A program made the position numbers and the translations under genes. Shown in pieces: positions 10,009-20,500 of a stretch of DNA of 64,000 bases (positions are counted from its first letter, which is position 1; each line of letters starts with the position of its first letter). Where the stretch lies: contig JBGFRI010000007.1 in NCBI GenBank assembly GCA_041695225.1, positions 1 through 64,000 on the forward strand. Direction: 5' to 3'. Source of the stretch: Deinococcota bacterium (lineage in GTDB: Bacteria > Deinococcota > Deinococci > Deinococcales > Thermaceae). The notes beneath the pieces were generated by a model. The model saw only the letters and a list, made by a program, of their open reading frames with translations, did no database searches and was not told where the DNA came from.

Positions 10009-10278
10009 AACCAACTCCGTTCAAACTCTTGCAGGTACTTGCTTCGCGTCATTGGGGTTGTTAGAGGATGCGCAGCCCTGCATGGCTCAGGCCGGGCCCC
10101 TTCGACAGGCTCAGGGCAGGCTCTGAGATGTGGCAGAAGGAAAAGCAGTCCCGGAGCAAGCTGGTGGCTGGTAGTCTTTAGGACTGTTCCAATACGTTGC
10201 GAACCCCGTGTATGCGATGTTATCTGCAATTCAGAACGCAGACTATTGATCATAGGGATTCCAAACAAGTAGCAGGTT

Positions 10279-10605
10279 TCACCACAGTCCGATCTTGAGG
10301 TAAACCCGCGCTGGCGCATTGGGGTCGAAGACTTTGGGTCTAATCTCCAACTCTACCAGCGCAAAAGGCGGCAGTTTACGCAGCTCCCAGGTCTGCCCTC
10401 GTAGGGCATTGAGGGCTTTCAGGGCTACCTCTAACTGCTGGTCGCTGCTCCCCGACCGGCGGATAAACCAGGCGCCCATCAGCAAAAAGAACTCGAGCGC
10501 CACCAGCGGGGCAAACAAAAAGATCGGAACCGGTATCTCTTGTACCCTCAGCAACAGATAAACAAAGCGAGGGCGGATGAGGCTCAGTTTTTCTACTGTG
10601 TTCAT
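10279..10605 (-). CDS. Small membrane protein
   Basis: IPVPIFLFAPL hydrophobic segment; GGGAGG SD; lies within the operon. Confidence 0.7.
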   Translation of the reverse strand: MNTVEKLSLIRPRFVYLLLRVQEIPVPIFLFAPLVALEFFLLMGAWFIRRSGSSDQQLEVALKALNALRGQTWELRKLPPFALVELEIRPKVFDPNAPARVYLKIGLW

Positions 10606-10626
10606 GCGCCCTCCCTGCTTCGGTAC

Positions 10627-11082
10627 TCAGATTACTTCAATCACGAGTTTCATCGAAGAACGTTTGGGCCTGCCTTCGCCCTCCCTGGCCGAGTCGTTGA
10701 CCACCATATCCACCAGGCGCCCCTCGGGTAGCTCGCCTTTGAGCATATCCAGAATACCCGCAATATCAATCCCCTGGGCAGTCAGCTGTCGCTGGGTCTC
10801 TGGCGGGATAAAGTTCGAGGCGAACTTGGCCAGAGAGGCCGGAATGTTAACCTTGATCTTGACATCCTCGCCATCCTCATCCTCCCCATCCAGGACAATG
10901 CGGATCATCTTTGCAATGCCTCTGGCGGAGGGCGGGGTAGTAGCAAGCTCGTAGGCATAACCTGCACCCGGTCCCTCAGCTTTGGGTTCCCCGGACTCCA
11001 GGGCTTCTAGTAAGCGGATGGCTTCTTCGGTGGTAATTTTGCCTTCTTTGACCATCTCCATGATGCGCTTTTTGTCGTCCAT
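10627..11082 (-). CDS. SHOCT-like (YvlB N-terminal type) domain protein
   Basis: KKRIMEMVKEGKITTEEAIRLLEAL; VKIKVNIP. Confidence 0.85.
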   Translation of the reverse strand: MDDKKRIMEMVKEGKITTEEAIRLLEALESGEPKAEGPGAGYAYELATTPPSARGIAKMIRIVLDGEDEDGEDVKIKVNIPASLAKFASNFIPPETQRQLTAQGIDIAGILDMLKGELPEGRLVDMVVNDSAREGEGRPKRSSMKLVIEVI

Positions 11083-11241
11083 AAACTGCTCCTTTTGCAA
11101 TTGCAACAGTCGCTAGCAAAGAAATACCGTGGGGCAAGGGGCCTTGCGCGGTAGATACTTTGCGCTTGTGCCCGGGACTTCTGACTGCTGCCCACGGATG
11201 GGGTCTGGTTTGGTGGAACCACTGACTGCCCTGGTCATAAC

Positions 11242-12003
11242 CTACCTGGCCTTCACTTCCAGGTTGCCCATCCGGACAAAGACCTCGAGGCTTGCCCGGC
11301 CGTCCCCCAGTTGCCTAACTTCCGACCCATCTGCGGCGTGGGAACGGTTAAAACCTTTGACCTCCAAATTTCCCAGGCTAACCCCTGAGCTAAGCCTCAC
11401 ACTGCTGCCGGGCAGCAGGTCCAGCTCAGCATTTCCCATCGAGACCCGCAGGCGGTGCTGACCGTCACGCAGTAGGAGCGAGCCATCAATATTGCCCGCG
11501 TTGACCTCCAGGTCGAGCCCTTCGACGGCCTCGAGTTCCACGTTGCCTGCCGCCACCCGGCCTTTTAGGAAACTTATCCTCTGCACCTCGACCTGGGCGG
11601 CCCTGCTGTCTAGCTCCAGGCCCCAGCCCGGTGGGAGCCGCAGTTCTACCGAGCCCATCCGGCCCAGCAGCCCAGCCAAAAAACTGCTGCTGACCATATT
11701 GGGCGTGACTTCCAGATCGGCCCCCACCTGGCGCACCTCGGCCGAACCTTCTGCCACCGGCACCTGCAGGCTGGGATCGAGCCGGGCCTCGAGCTCACCC
11801 GCCGTGAGCCTGACCCGCACCCAGCGCAACCCTTCGGGCTGCCAGGCCGATGATGGCGTCGCATACTGGGTCTCGCCCAGGCTCTCCTGGGCCTGACGGG
11901 CCGCCTGATCCCCCTCCTCGAGGGCCGAAAGCAGCAGGTCGGCCTCTTGCTGGGTGATCTTACCAGCCTGTAAAAGGGCTTGAATACGCTCTTGCTCCGA
12001 CAT
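11242..12003 (-). CDS. SHOCT-like plus DUF4097-like beta-repeat protein
   Basis: RIQALLQAGKITQQEADLLL followed by repeated V..GN.. beta motifs; AGGAGG SD. Confidence 0.8.
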   Translation of the reverse strand: MSEQERIQALLQAGKITQQEADLLLSALEEGDQAARQAQESLGETQYATPSSAWQPEGLRWVRVRLTAGELEARLDPSLQVPVAEGSAEVRQVGADLEVTPNMVSSSFLAGLLGRMGSVELRLPPGWGLELDSRAAQVEVQRISFLKGRVAAGNVELEAVEGLDLEVNAGNIDGSLLLRDGQHRLRVSMGNAELDLLPGSSVRLSSGVSLGNLEVKGFNRSHAADGSEVRQLGDGRASLEVFVRMGNLEVKAR

Positions 12004-12082
12004 GTAAACCTCCTGTATGGGGATGGTGTCCAGGTTCCAACCTACGGGACGTGATCAGTGGATGGCGATGGAAAAACCTTTC

Positions 12083-12286
12083 TCAGACCCTGCGCAGGCG
12101 CTGATGGTCGCTAGAGCGGCTGAAAGCGGGTTCTAAGGCCTCGGCCCAAGCCCGAAGCTGCTGGGCAATCTGGTAGCGGATGGATTGTCTGGGCAGTTGG
12201 CTTCGCAGAGCCGCTTCCTGGCGATAGGCGGTGATCTTGTCCTGGACTGCCGCTGTCAATTCGTCCTGATTGAAGTGTCCGAACAT
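12083..12286 (-). CDS. Small hypothetical protein, first gene of the operon
   Basis: GGAGG SD directly downstream of a strong promoter. Confidence 0.65.
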   Translation of the reverse strand: MFGHFNQDELTAAVQDKITAYRQEAALRSQLPRQSIRYQIAQQLRAWAEALEPAFSRSSDHQRLRRV

Positions 12287-12306
12287 GTCTAAGCCCTCCG
12301 ATCAGT

Positions 12307-12336
12307 AGTATAAACTCGGAGTTTATATTTTGTCAA
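12307..12336 (-). promoter_or_regulatory. Sigma70-type promoter with an overlapping perfect palindromic operator
   Basis: TTGACA-18-TATACT on minus strand; TATAAACTC-G-GAGTTTATA at 12309-12327. Confidence 0.8.
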
Positions 12337-12359
12337 TAACTATTTTATATCCTGTGCGG

Positions 12360-14135
12360 TTAGGTTTTCCACATCTCGAAAACCATCTTCTCGAAGCGCG
12401 CGATTCTATCGGCCAGCACACCCATGCCCCCTTGCCAGAACACTTCCGATTCCAGGTCAAAGCCAAACCGCGCCGCCAACTGCTCGGCCGGGTAAGCGCC
12501 CACCGAGGCCAGTAATTGCTCGTACCTGGCCAGAAAACCTGGCCCTTCTTCCAGGTATTGCCGGTATAGCGACAGACCAAACAACAGCCCAAAGGCATAG
12601 GGGAAGTTGTAGTAGTTGGCTCCGTAGTAATGACCTTTTACTGCCCACATATAGGGATGATAGGTTGCCAGGGCAGTGCCGTAGGTCTGGGTCTGGGCTT
12701 GGTGCATTAGCTGGGAGAACTCCTCTGCCGAAAGTTCTCTTTCCCGACGCCCGGCAAATACTGCTTGTTCAAACAAAAAGCGCGAGTGAATGTCCACAAT
12801 CACCTGAGCAGAGCTTTGCAGACCGCCCTCGAGTACCCCCAGTTGTTCGGCGGGCGGCAGCTCTTTGAGGGCGGCCTCTCCCACAATGGTCTCGTTCATG
12901 ATGGAAGCAGTCTCGGCCAGGGTCATGGGCTCGTGGCGCAACAGGTAGGGCATGTCCCGCAAGCAGTAGTTGTGATAGGCATGCCCCAGCTCGTGGGCCA
13001 GGGTAGAAATAGATTCAAAGCTTTCTTCGTGGTTGAGCAGAATGCGCGAACTGCCCTTTCCCACCGGCATACAGTAAGCTCCGCCGGCCTTGCCCTTGCG
13101 CGGGGGAGCATCCAGCCAGCGCTCGGCATAGGCCCGCTCAGCCAGCTCTGCATCGGCCCTCGAGAAGCCCGCCAGGTGCTGGACAATAAACTCCCGCCCT
13201 TCTTCCCAGCTCCATTTCTTGGGGCTTGCTCCGGGTGCGGCCACCGGCGCAAACAGATCCCACCAGTCGAGCCGGTCCTTGCCCAAAGCCCTGGCTTTGG
13301 CAGCGAAATAGCGCCGCCAGACGGGCAGGCTGTCTACCATCACCTTCTGCATTACACTCAGGGTCTGGCGGCTGATGCGGTTTTCGAACAGGGCTGGGGC
13401 CAGGTCGTCCTCCCAGCCGCGCTTGCGGTTCAGGGTAGAGACCTCTCCCTTGTAGCCATTAAGGGCGGCGGCCAGCGCGACTTCGTTGGCCCTCCAGGCC
13501 TGCACCTCGGCCTGGTAGGCGGCCTTGCGCACTGACTCGTCGGGGTTCATGGCCAGGTTCCGCGCCGCGGTAATGGGCAGCTCCTCCCCATCTACTACGG
13601 CGCTGATCTGGCTGGAAAGGTTGCCGTGCAGCTTGACCCAGGCCCGCCCTCCCGACAGCGAGAGTTCGGCAGCCAGCACTTCCTCGGGCTCGGACATCAG
13701 ATGCTGGGCCTGAACTTTGGCCTCGTCAATCAGAATCCGGTAAGGGCCGGCCTCTACCACCTCGGGGTCCAGGCGGGCCAGCCACCGGGTAAGCCGGGGC
13801 TGTAGTTTCTGGTAGTCCAGGAGTAGCAGCTCGAGCTCCGAAAGCCTGGCCTGGGCTGCCGCATCGCTGCTGTCGCTGTCCACCCGCATCAGCACATAGG
13901 CATACAGCGGCCACTTGGTCTCGCCGAAAGTATTGATTTTATCAATCAAGGCATCAAAGGTATTTTTGTCGCTGGGTGCCGTTTCCTGGCCAATCTGGTG
14001 AGTCTGCACGAAGCCTTGAATATCGCTCAATTGCTGTGCAAGCAGCTTCCAGGTGTTGCTGAACTGGACCGAGTCCAGACCAGGAAACAACGAGTCCAAG
14101 TCCCAGGTTGGTAGTTCGGATGTAGCTTGGCTCAT
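12360..14135 (-). CDS. M3 family oligoendopeptidase F
   Basis: TLAHELGHAYH, LAETAS, YNFPYAFG. Confidence 0.93.
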   Translation of the reverse strand: MSQATSELPTWDLDSLFPGLDSVQFSNTWKLLAQQLSDIQGFVQTHQIGQETAPSDKNTFDALIDKINTFGETKWPLYAYVLMRVDSDSSDAAAQARLSELELLLLDYQKLQPRLTRWLARLDPEVVEAGPYRILIDEAKVQAQHLMSEPEEVLAAELSLSGGRAWVKLHGNLSSQISAVVDGEELPITAARNLAMNPDESVRKAAYQAEVQAWRANEVALAAALNGYKGEVSTLNRKRGWEDDLAPALFENRISRQTLSVMQKVMVDSLPVWRRYFAAKARALGKDRLDWWDLFAPVAAPGASPKKWSWEEGREFIVQHLAGFSRADAELAERAYAERWLDAPPRKGKAGGAYCMPVGKGSSRILLNHEESFESISTLAHELGHAYHNYCLRDMPYLLRHEPMTLAETASIMNETIVGEAALKELPPAEQLGVLEGGLQSSAQVIVDIHSRFLFEQAVFAGRRERELSAEEFSQLMHQAQTQTYGTALATYHPYMWAVKGHYYGANYYNFPYAFGLLFGLSLYRQYLEEGPGFLARYEQLLASVGAYPAEQLAARFGFDLESEVFWQGGMGVLADRIARFEKMVFEMWKT

Positions 14136-14227
14136 GTAAGTGAGTATAGGGCCAACTAACAGCCTGACCAAAGACCATGGTTGCGTCCTGCCTATTCCGG
14201 AGCTTCAATCACGTTAGAATCCTGTGC

Positions 14228-14632
14228 ATGAGATTTCCGGTACGGGTTCCCATCGAGGTGCGCTTCAGCGACCTGGACACGCTCAAACATGTAAACAACG
14301 CGATTTACCTGACCTACGACGAAATTGCCCGGGGGCATTATCTGCGGCGGGCAGGGGCGGCCATTGATGGGGGGAATTTTGTGATGGCCAGGGCCGAAGT
14401 GGACTACCTGCGGCCCATCTTGTTTGACCAGCAGGTGGAAATTGCCCTGCGGGTCGAGGGCGTGGGCAACAAGAGTTTCCGCACCCTGAGCCAGATCTGG
14501 GCCGATGGCCAGCTAGCGGCCCAGATCAAGGTGGTGGTGGTCTGGCTAGAGGATGGCAGGCCTGCTTTAGTGCCCGACTGGCTGCGCGCTGCTATCAGGG
14601 CCCTCGAGGCCGAGCCTGTAGAGGGGCTATGA
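14228..14632 (+). CDS. Acyl-CoA thioesterase (4HBT/YbgC family)
   Basis: RFSDLDTLKHVNNAIYL; TAGAAT 7 nt before ATG. Confidence 0.9.
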   Translation: MRFPVRVPIEVRFSDLDTLKHVNNAIYLTYDEIARGHYLRRAGAAIDGGNFVMARAEVDYLRPILFDQQVEIALRVEGVGNKSFRTLSQIWADGQLAAQIKVVVVWLEDGRPALVPDWLRAAIRALEAEPVEGL

Positions 14633-14636
14633 TACC

Positions 14637-14907
14637 TGCCAAGAAACTCCCTTGGGTTTGGTCGCCACAGGTGCGCGGGGCTCATGGAAAACTCACTCCC
14701 CCCTCGTCATTGCGAGGAGGCCAAAGGCCGACGAAGCAATCCAGGAGGGGCGCGAACGCACTTTGGCCGCCGGGGTGATCTGGATTGCTTCCCCTTCGGC
14801 TACGCCTCAGGGTCGCAATGACGAAAAAATCCATTCCATTGCGAGGAGGCCTACTAAGAAACTCCCTAATGTTTCGTCGGCACGGGTGCGCGCAGCTCGT
14901 GGCAAAC
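14637..14907. repeat. Composite repeat (A - REP hairpin - A'), empty IS110 target copy
   Basis: Near-identical to 21489-21673 joined to 22844-22929; contains the TCGTCATTGCGA...TCGCAATGACGA inverted pair. Confidence 0.92.
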
Positions 14908-16170
14908 TCACTTGATAGATGCCCCGACCCTTGAGAGCAGTTGAATGGCCCTCTCCAGCATCAGGTCGCGGCCTTCGGCCAGGGCTCGCCAGTCGTCGGG
15001 AAAAAACAGATCCGGGGTGACCCGCTCGGGATAATTACTGCCGTCACGGCGCTGAGCAATCGAGGTGGTCACCTGCAGACCCGCACCATTGCTCAGGCGC
15101 AAAAAGGCAGTAGCGGTGTTGCCCACGCCGGCAGTCGGCTGTCCGATCACCGCTGCAAGGCCGCTTTCTTGCAGATCAAACGCAAAGTATTCGGCGCATG
15201 AAGCAGTTCGCTCGTTCACCAGCAGCACCACCGGGGCCGACCAGCGGGCAGGCCGGACCACGAACTCGAGGCGCTCAAAGCGGCCTGAGCGGAAGAAATA
15301 ATAGCCATCGCGGAAGCCCTGTTCGCTATAGCGCAAATTTCCCTGCAGGCGCCGGTAGGTTTCTCCCACAAAAGCACCCGAGCCCACCAGACACTCGCTC
15401 AACAGACCCCCGCTGTTGTGGCGTAGATCCACTACCATGGCCCTGGCCCCCTGAACCTGGGCCTGGCGCACCATTTCGTGTATACGTGGCCCCACCTGCT
15501 GGAAACCAGTGAAAGAGGGGATGCGCAAGACGGCCAGTCCGTCCGGGCGCAAGCTAAGCGAGGGAAGCTGGCGCAAAGAAATAATCCGCGGGCGGGCCTG
15601 AAACTCGAGCTGCTGCCCAGCCCGCTGGATGCTAAGGTTTACCAGCCCTCCCGCGCCTAGGCGCTCGCGCAAAAAGTTGGCTCGCTCAGGCTCGGCCTGA
15701 GGCAGGGCCTGGCCGTCTACCGCCAGAATACGGTCGCCGCGGCGCAGACCGGCTTCCTCGGCAGGCGTTCCGGCGCTAACCTCCAAGATTAGCAAGCCTT
15801 CCAGCCCCGGCACAACCTGCAACAGCACCCCAAGCTGTGGAGTGCTGCTATAGCCTCCGGCAATTCTACGCTGCACCTCGGCAAACGCTTCGGGCAAGAA
15901 AAAGCGGGTATGTCGGTCTCCCAGCGAACTGACGAGCGACTGAATTAGGGGAACTGCACGGTCGGTCGGACAGGAGACCTCCTGGGCGCAGGCCTGCTCG
16001 AGTTTGTCCTGGTACTTTGCGCGCAGCTCATCTAGCCTGACCTGGGCAAAACCGCCATAGTGCTGCTGCAGGAGGCTTCCCACTTCGCTAAACAAGTCCT
16101 GGGCGGGGCTGGCCAGGCTAAGCCCACCCCACAACACCAGTGCGGCCGCCCAAAGCCTCCGATTGTGCAT
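14908..16170 (-). CDS. S41 family C-terminal processing peptidase with PDZ domain
   Basis: Signal peptide, PAEEAGLRRGD (PDZ), DLRHNSGG, TASCAE. Confidence 0.9.
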   Translation of the reverse strand: MHNRRLWAAALVLWGGLSLASPAQDLFSEVGSLLQQHYGGFAQVRLDELRAKYQDKLEQACAQEVSCPTDRAVPLIQSLVSSLGDRHTRFFLPEAFAEVQRRIAGGYSSTPQLGVLLQVVPGLEGLLILEVSAGTPAEEAGLRRGDRILAVDGQALPQAEPERANFLRERLGAGGLVNLSIQRAGQQLEFQARPRIISLRQLPSLSLRPDGLAVLRIPSFTGFQQVGPRIHEMVRQAQVQGARAMVVDLRHNSGGLLSECLVGSGAFVGETYRRLQGNLRYSEQGFRDGYYFFRSGRFERLEFVVRPARWSAPVVLLVNERTASCAEYFAFDLQESGLAAVIGQPTAGVGNTATAFLRLSNGAGLQVTTSIAQRRDGSNYPERVTPDLFFPDDWRALAEGRDLMLERAIQLLSRVGASIK

Positions 16171-16407
16171 GCTCTATTCTTAACTCTCAGGCCAAAAACG
16201 TGGGTTGTCCAAATCACAACTGCTCTACATTGCGGCACAAAGAGGCTTAATACTCCTGTCTCACCACCCGAACATGAAATGCAGACGTCGAGTCGGGACC
16301 CGGCGGTTACCCGGAGGGGTATAGCGGTATAGCGCTATGGTCCATCGGCAATGGACTATAGACTATTGACTTCTGATTTTCGGCGCAGGAAGCGCTACAA
16401 CGCCCTT

Positions 16408-17133
16408 CTAAGGCATCCGGAAGGTCTCGGGTGGCAATACCGGGTTTACCCTGGCCTCCTGCAGCTCAATCTCGAGGACCAGGACCCCATCGGCAAGTAG
16501 CCGGCCACGAAAGGGTATCAGGACTCCCGAGACCTGGCGCAGGTCGTGGTAAAGCGCGGTCAAAAGCCCCATGCTGGTCTGAGTCTGTTCGGCGATGATC
16601 TGATTCTGCTCGTTTATCAGGTAGGTGGTCTCGGCGCCCCTGGTGCGGACAGCAATAGCCCGGCCGGTCAGGTCGCCAAAGGTCCGAGCCCCCAACAGCC
16701 GGGCTTGCTCCCGCTCAGCACCACCCAGCCGCAAGCCATACCAGCCCAAATAAAAGCTATTCAAGAAATCTCTGAAAATAGGGGGCTCGAGGGCTACAAC
16801 GCCAGTACGCGCGCTCCACCTCTGACCCCCAGCCGGCGAGATCAGGATCCTTTCGACCAAATTGTTGCCGACTATGTAGTCTATGCGCGCCTCGCGGGTT
16901 GATAGGTCGTAGTAAGAAACCACGGTCATCTGGCCTGCCGGGTGTGGCCCAGAAAACAAGGTAACGGCGGCGGTTTCCCGATAGGTTCTCAGGTTTGTCA
17001 GGGCCTCTTTACCATGAGCCAGCCGCATCTTGTCGAGCAACTGCGCGGCCTCGGGGGCTACCTGGGCCAGTCCCCAAGCTCCCGCAAAAGCAAAGACTGC
17101 TACCAGACCCAGTGTGCTTTTCCACTTCATCAT
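16408..17133 (-). CDS. Secreted hypothetical protein (possibly LolA-like fold)
   Basis: Signal peptide; beta-rich C-terminus (YHDLRQVSGVLIPF...VNPVLPPETF). Confidence 0.7.
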   Translation of the reverse strand: MMKWKSTLGLVAVFAFAGAWGLAQVAPEAAQLLDKMRLAHGKEALTNLRTYRETAAVTLFSGPHPAGQMTVVSYYDLSTREARIDYIVGNNLVERILISPAGGQRWSARTGVVALEPPIFRDFLNSFYLGWYGLRLGGAEREQARLLGARTFGDLTGRAIAVRTRGAETTYLINEQNQIIAEQTQTSMGLLTALYHDLRQVSGVLIPFRGRLLADGVLVLEIELQEARVNPVLPPETFRMP

Positions 17134-17589
17134 CCATCACCTCTGGCGAGCCTATCACAGGCAGATCATAGTTTTGTATGTACCCAGTAGGAATGTTGCT
17201 GGCGTGGTGGTTTGATGGCAGGTTGGCAGGTGACAGTAAACACGGGGCAGCATCCTGTCCAGGCGGCTTTGCATCCGGCGCTACCCGTGCCAGACCCAAC
17301 GCCTCTAGCAGCACCGCCTCGCCCACAACGTTTGCTCAATCTACACCTTCCTGACCATGTGGCCATGTCTATACCTTGGGCGAGATAAGAGTGGACTGGG
17401 TGTGAGTTTTCCATGAGCTGTGCGCACCCATAGCAGCGAAGCGGAAAGGTTTACTCAGGGTGGCTGAACATCGCTTACGCCCAAAGCATGCCTGCTCAGG
17501 CCCTTTATACGGCCCCAAAAGCTGGGGCTTCAGGCTCGGTGGCCGCTTGAGGTTAGTGCTATAGACTTGTGGCAGCGCGGAGGGATTGT

Positions 17590-20500
17590 ATGAGCTGCCA
17601 AGAGCCACGCCCAGGTACCTTCGAGTTTCACGTTTCCGCTAGCGCACGCGATTTCTATCAGTTCGACCTCTCGCTGTTTTCGCTAAGCGGCAATGTCATT
17701 TTTGCCGACTTCCAGGCCGCCCGGCGCTTTGCCGAGGCCATGAACGCCAGGCGCGACCTGGTGCGCTATCCAGAACGAGCGGTCAGCGCAAGCCAGATCA
17801 ATGCCCTGGGCCTGATTGACGAGATGCTGCACTTTGTGGTGCGGCAGTACGTTGAGCAGCATCCCGACGTGATGCAAAAAGCCCTGCAGGCTCTGGAGTC
17901 GAGCGTCGGGGCAGACCAGGTGGAAAAGACCCTGCGCGCCTTTGCTGCCGAGTTTCCGCCTGTCCGGGTCTACCGGCGCGAGATCACCCTGGAAGACTAC
18001 CTGGCAGGCGCCACGGAGGGCCGTTCTAACCGCGAGATTCTGCTGGAAGAGCTGCTGATGCTGTGGATGGCCAACGCCAACCCGGCTTTCGCGCCATTTA
18101 GCGAGCTGTTTGACGATGGCAGCCTCGAGGCCACCACCCTGTATCTACCCATCATCCAGAACCTGGAAAGCTTTTTTGAAGGTCAGCCAGCCTTTGCCGA
18201 GACCGGCCTGAGCCTGTTCAAAACCCTGCGGCTGCCAGCTTTGGAGTACCCCGACTCACTGGAAGGCCAGCTCGAGTTCTTGCTGCGGCGCTTTGGGGGC
18301 GCCCTGGGCCAGTTCTACTACCGGCTGCTCATCGGCCTGGATGTGATCAGAGAGGAAAAGCGCTCCTTTGCAGTACCCATCCAGTTTGACCAGCCCGGCG
18401 GTGGAGGCGGCGAGAGTGAGCTACTGGACATTCGGCGGCTCTTGCAAGAACCCGAACCCGAAGCCTTTAGCCCCGACCTGGACTGGATGCCCCGCTGCGT
18501 CCTGATGGCCAAAAACGCCCTGGTCTGGCTGGACCAGCTCTCCAAAAAATACCAGCGCGAGATAAAGACCCTCGACCAGGTTCCCGACGAAGAGCTCGAG
18601 ATTTTAGCGAGCTGGGGCGTGACCTGCCTGTGGCTGATTGGGCTGTGGGAGCGTAGCAAGGCGTCCAGGCGCATCAAACAGTTGATGGGCAACCCCGAGG
18701 CCGAGGCTTCGGCCTACTCACTATATGACTATGTGGTCGCCGCAGACCTGGGCGGTGAGGCGGCAGTGCAGGTGCTGAGGCAAAAAGCCGCCAGAAGGGG
18801 CATCCGGCTGGCCTCGGACATGGTGCCCAACCACGTGGGCATTGACGGGCGCTGGGTAATCGAGCACCCCGACTGGTTCATCAGCCTGCCCTACCCACCC
18901 TATCCCAAATACACCTTCAGCGGGCCGGATCTCTCGTCGGATGAGCGGGTGGGCATCTACCTGGAAGACCATTATTACGACAAGTCCGATGCGGCGGTGG
19001 TGTTCAAGCGATTAGATCGCTCTAGCGGCCAGGTGCGCTATATTTACCACGGCAACGACGGCACCGGCATGCCCTGGAACGACACTGCCCAGCTCAACTA
19101 CCTGGACCCCCAGGTGCGCGAGGCGGTGATTCAGACCATCCTGCACGTGGCCCGGCAGTTTCCCATCATTCGCTTCGATGCCGCCATGACCCTGACCAAA
19201 CGGCACATCCAGCGGCTGTGGTTCCCCGAGCCGGGCGGCTCGCCCTGGGGCGACTCTATTCCCAGCCGGGCCGAGCACGCTCTGACCAGGGAGCAGTTTG
19301 ATGCCGCCATGCCGGTGGAGTTCTGGCGCGAGGTGGTAGACCGGGTGGCGCTAGAGGCCCCGGATACACTTCTGCTGGCCGAAGCTTTCTGGATGATGGA
19401 GGGCTACTTTGTGCGCAGCCTGGGGATGCACCGGGTCTACAACTCGGCTTTCATGAATATGCTGCGCGACGAGAAGAATGCCGAGTACCGGCAGATTATG
19501 AAAAACACCCTCGAGTTCGAGCCAGAAATCCTCAAGCGCTTTGTGAACTTTCTCAGCAACCCCGACGAAAAAACCGCGGTGGAGCAGTTTGGCAAGGGCG
19601 ACAAATACTTCGGGGCCATGACCCTGTGCGCCACCCTGCCGGGGCTGCCCATGCTGGGGCACGGGCAGGTGGAAGGGTTTGGCGAACGCTATGGCATGGA
19701 GTACCGCCGGGCCTACTACCACGAGACGGCCGACGAGGGCCTGGTGGACTACCATTACCAGCAGATTTTCCCCCTCCTGAGAAAGCGCTACCTCTTCGCC
19801 GAGGTTGAGAACTTTGTACTCTACGACGCCCACGAAGGCCATGCGGTTAACGAGGATGTCTTTGTCTACTCCAACCGGGCCGGTTCAGAGCGCGCGCTGG
19901 TGGCCTTCCACAACAAATACTCCCAGGCCAGGGTCTGGGTGCGCCGTTCGGTGGGCCAGCCATTCAAAACTGGCCTGGGGCGCGAGACCCGACAGGTAGG
20001 TCTGGGTGAGGGCTTGCAGCTCAGCTACGACTCCCGCGTATTCAGCATCCTGCGCGACCAGGTTACGGGGCTTGAGTACCTGCACAATAACCAGGAGCTC
20101 CACGAAAAAGGGCTCTACCTCGAGCTTGGCCCCTACCAGCGCAAAGTTTTTCTGGACTGGCGTGAGGTCTACGATGCCGATGGAAGCTACGCCCAGCTTG
20201 CCGCCATGCTGGAGGGCCGAGGGGTAGCCAGTATCGCCGAGGCCCGGCTAGAGCTGTGGCTGGCGCCGGTACACAAACCCTTCCGCGAGCTGGTTAATCC
20301 GGCCTTTCTGCGTAGACTTTTGGCATTGAAAACACTCGAAGACCCCTTGCGCCAAGAGACCCAGGAGAGACTGCTGGAGTTCTACCAAGGAATTGATGGT
20401 TTTGCCGGAAGCAGATTAGACTTGCAGCCCATCCAGACCGTGTTGGCCCGCCTGGACGGAGTCTTGCGAGCCAATCAGGCGAAATGTGGCCTCTGGGTCA

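Noticed and set aside
14652..14915. 87-88 aa ORFs at 14652 and 21504 that are nearly identical
   Set aside because: They are translations of the non-coding composite repeat
17134..17560. Long intergenic gaps (also 42860-43300 and 60182-60520) as possible ncRNA or small ORF loci
   Set aside because: No recognisable RNA motif, SD-supported ORF or convincing structure found by eye
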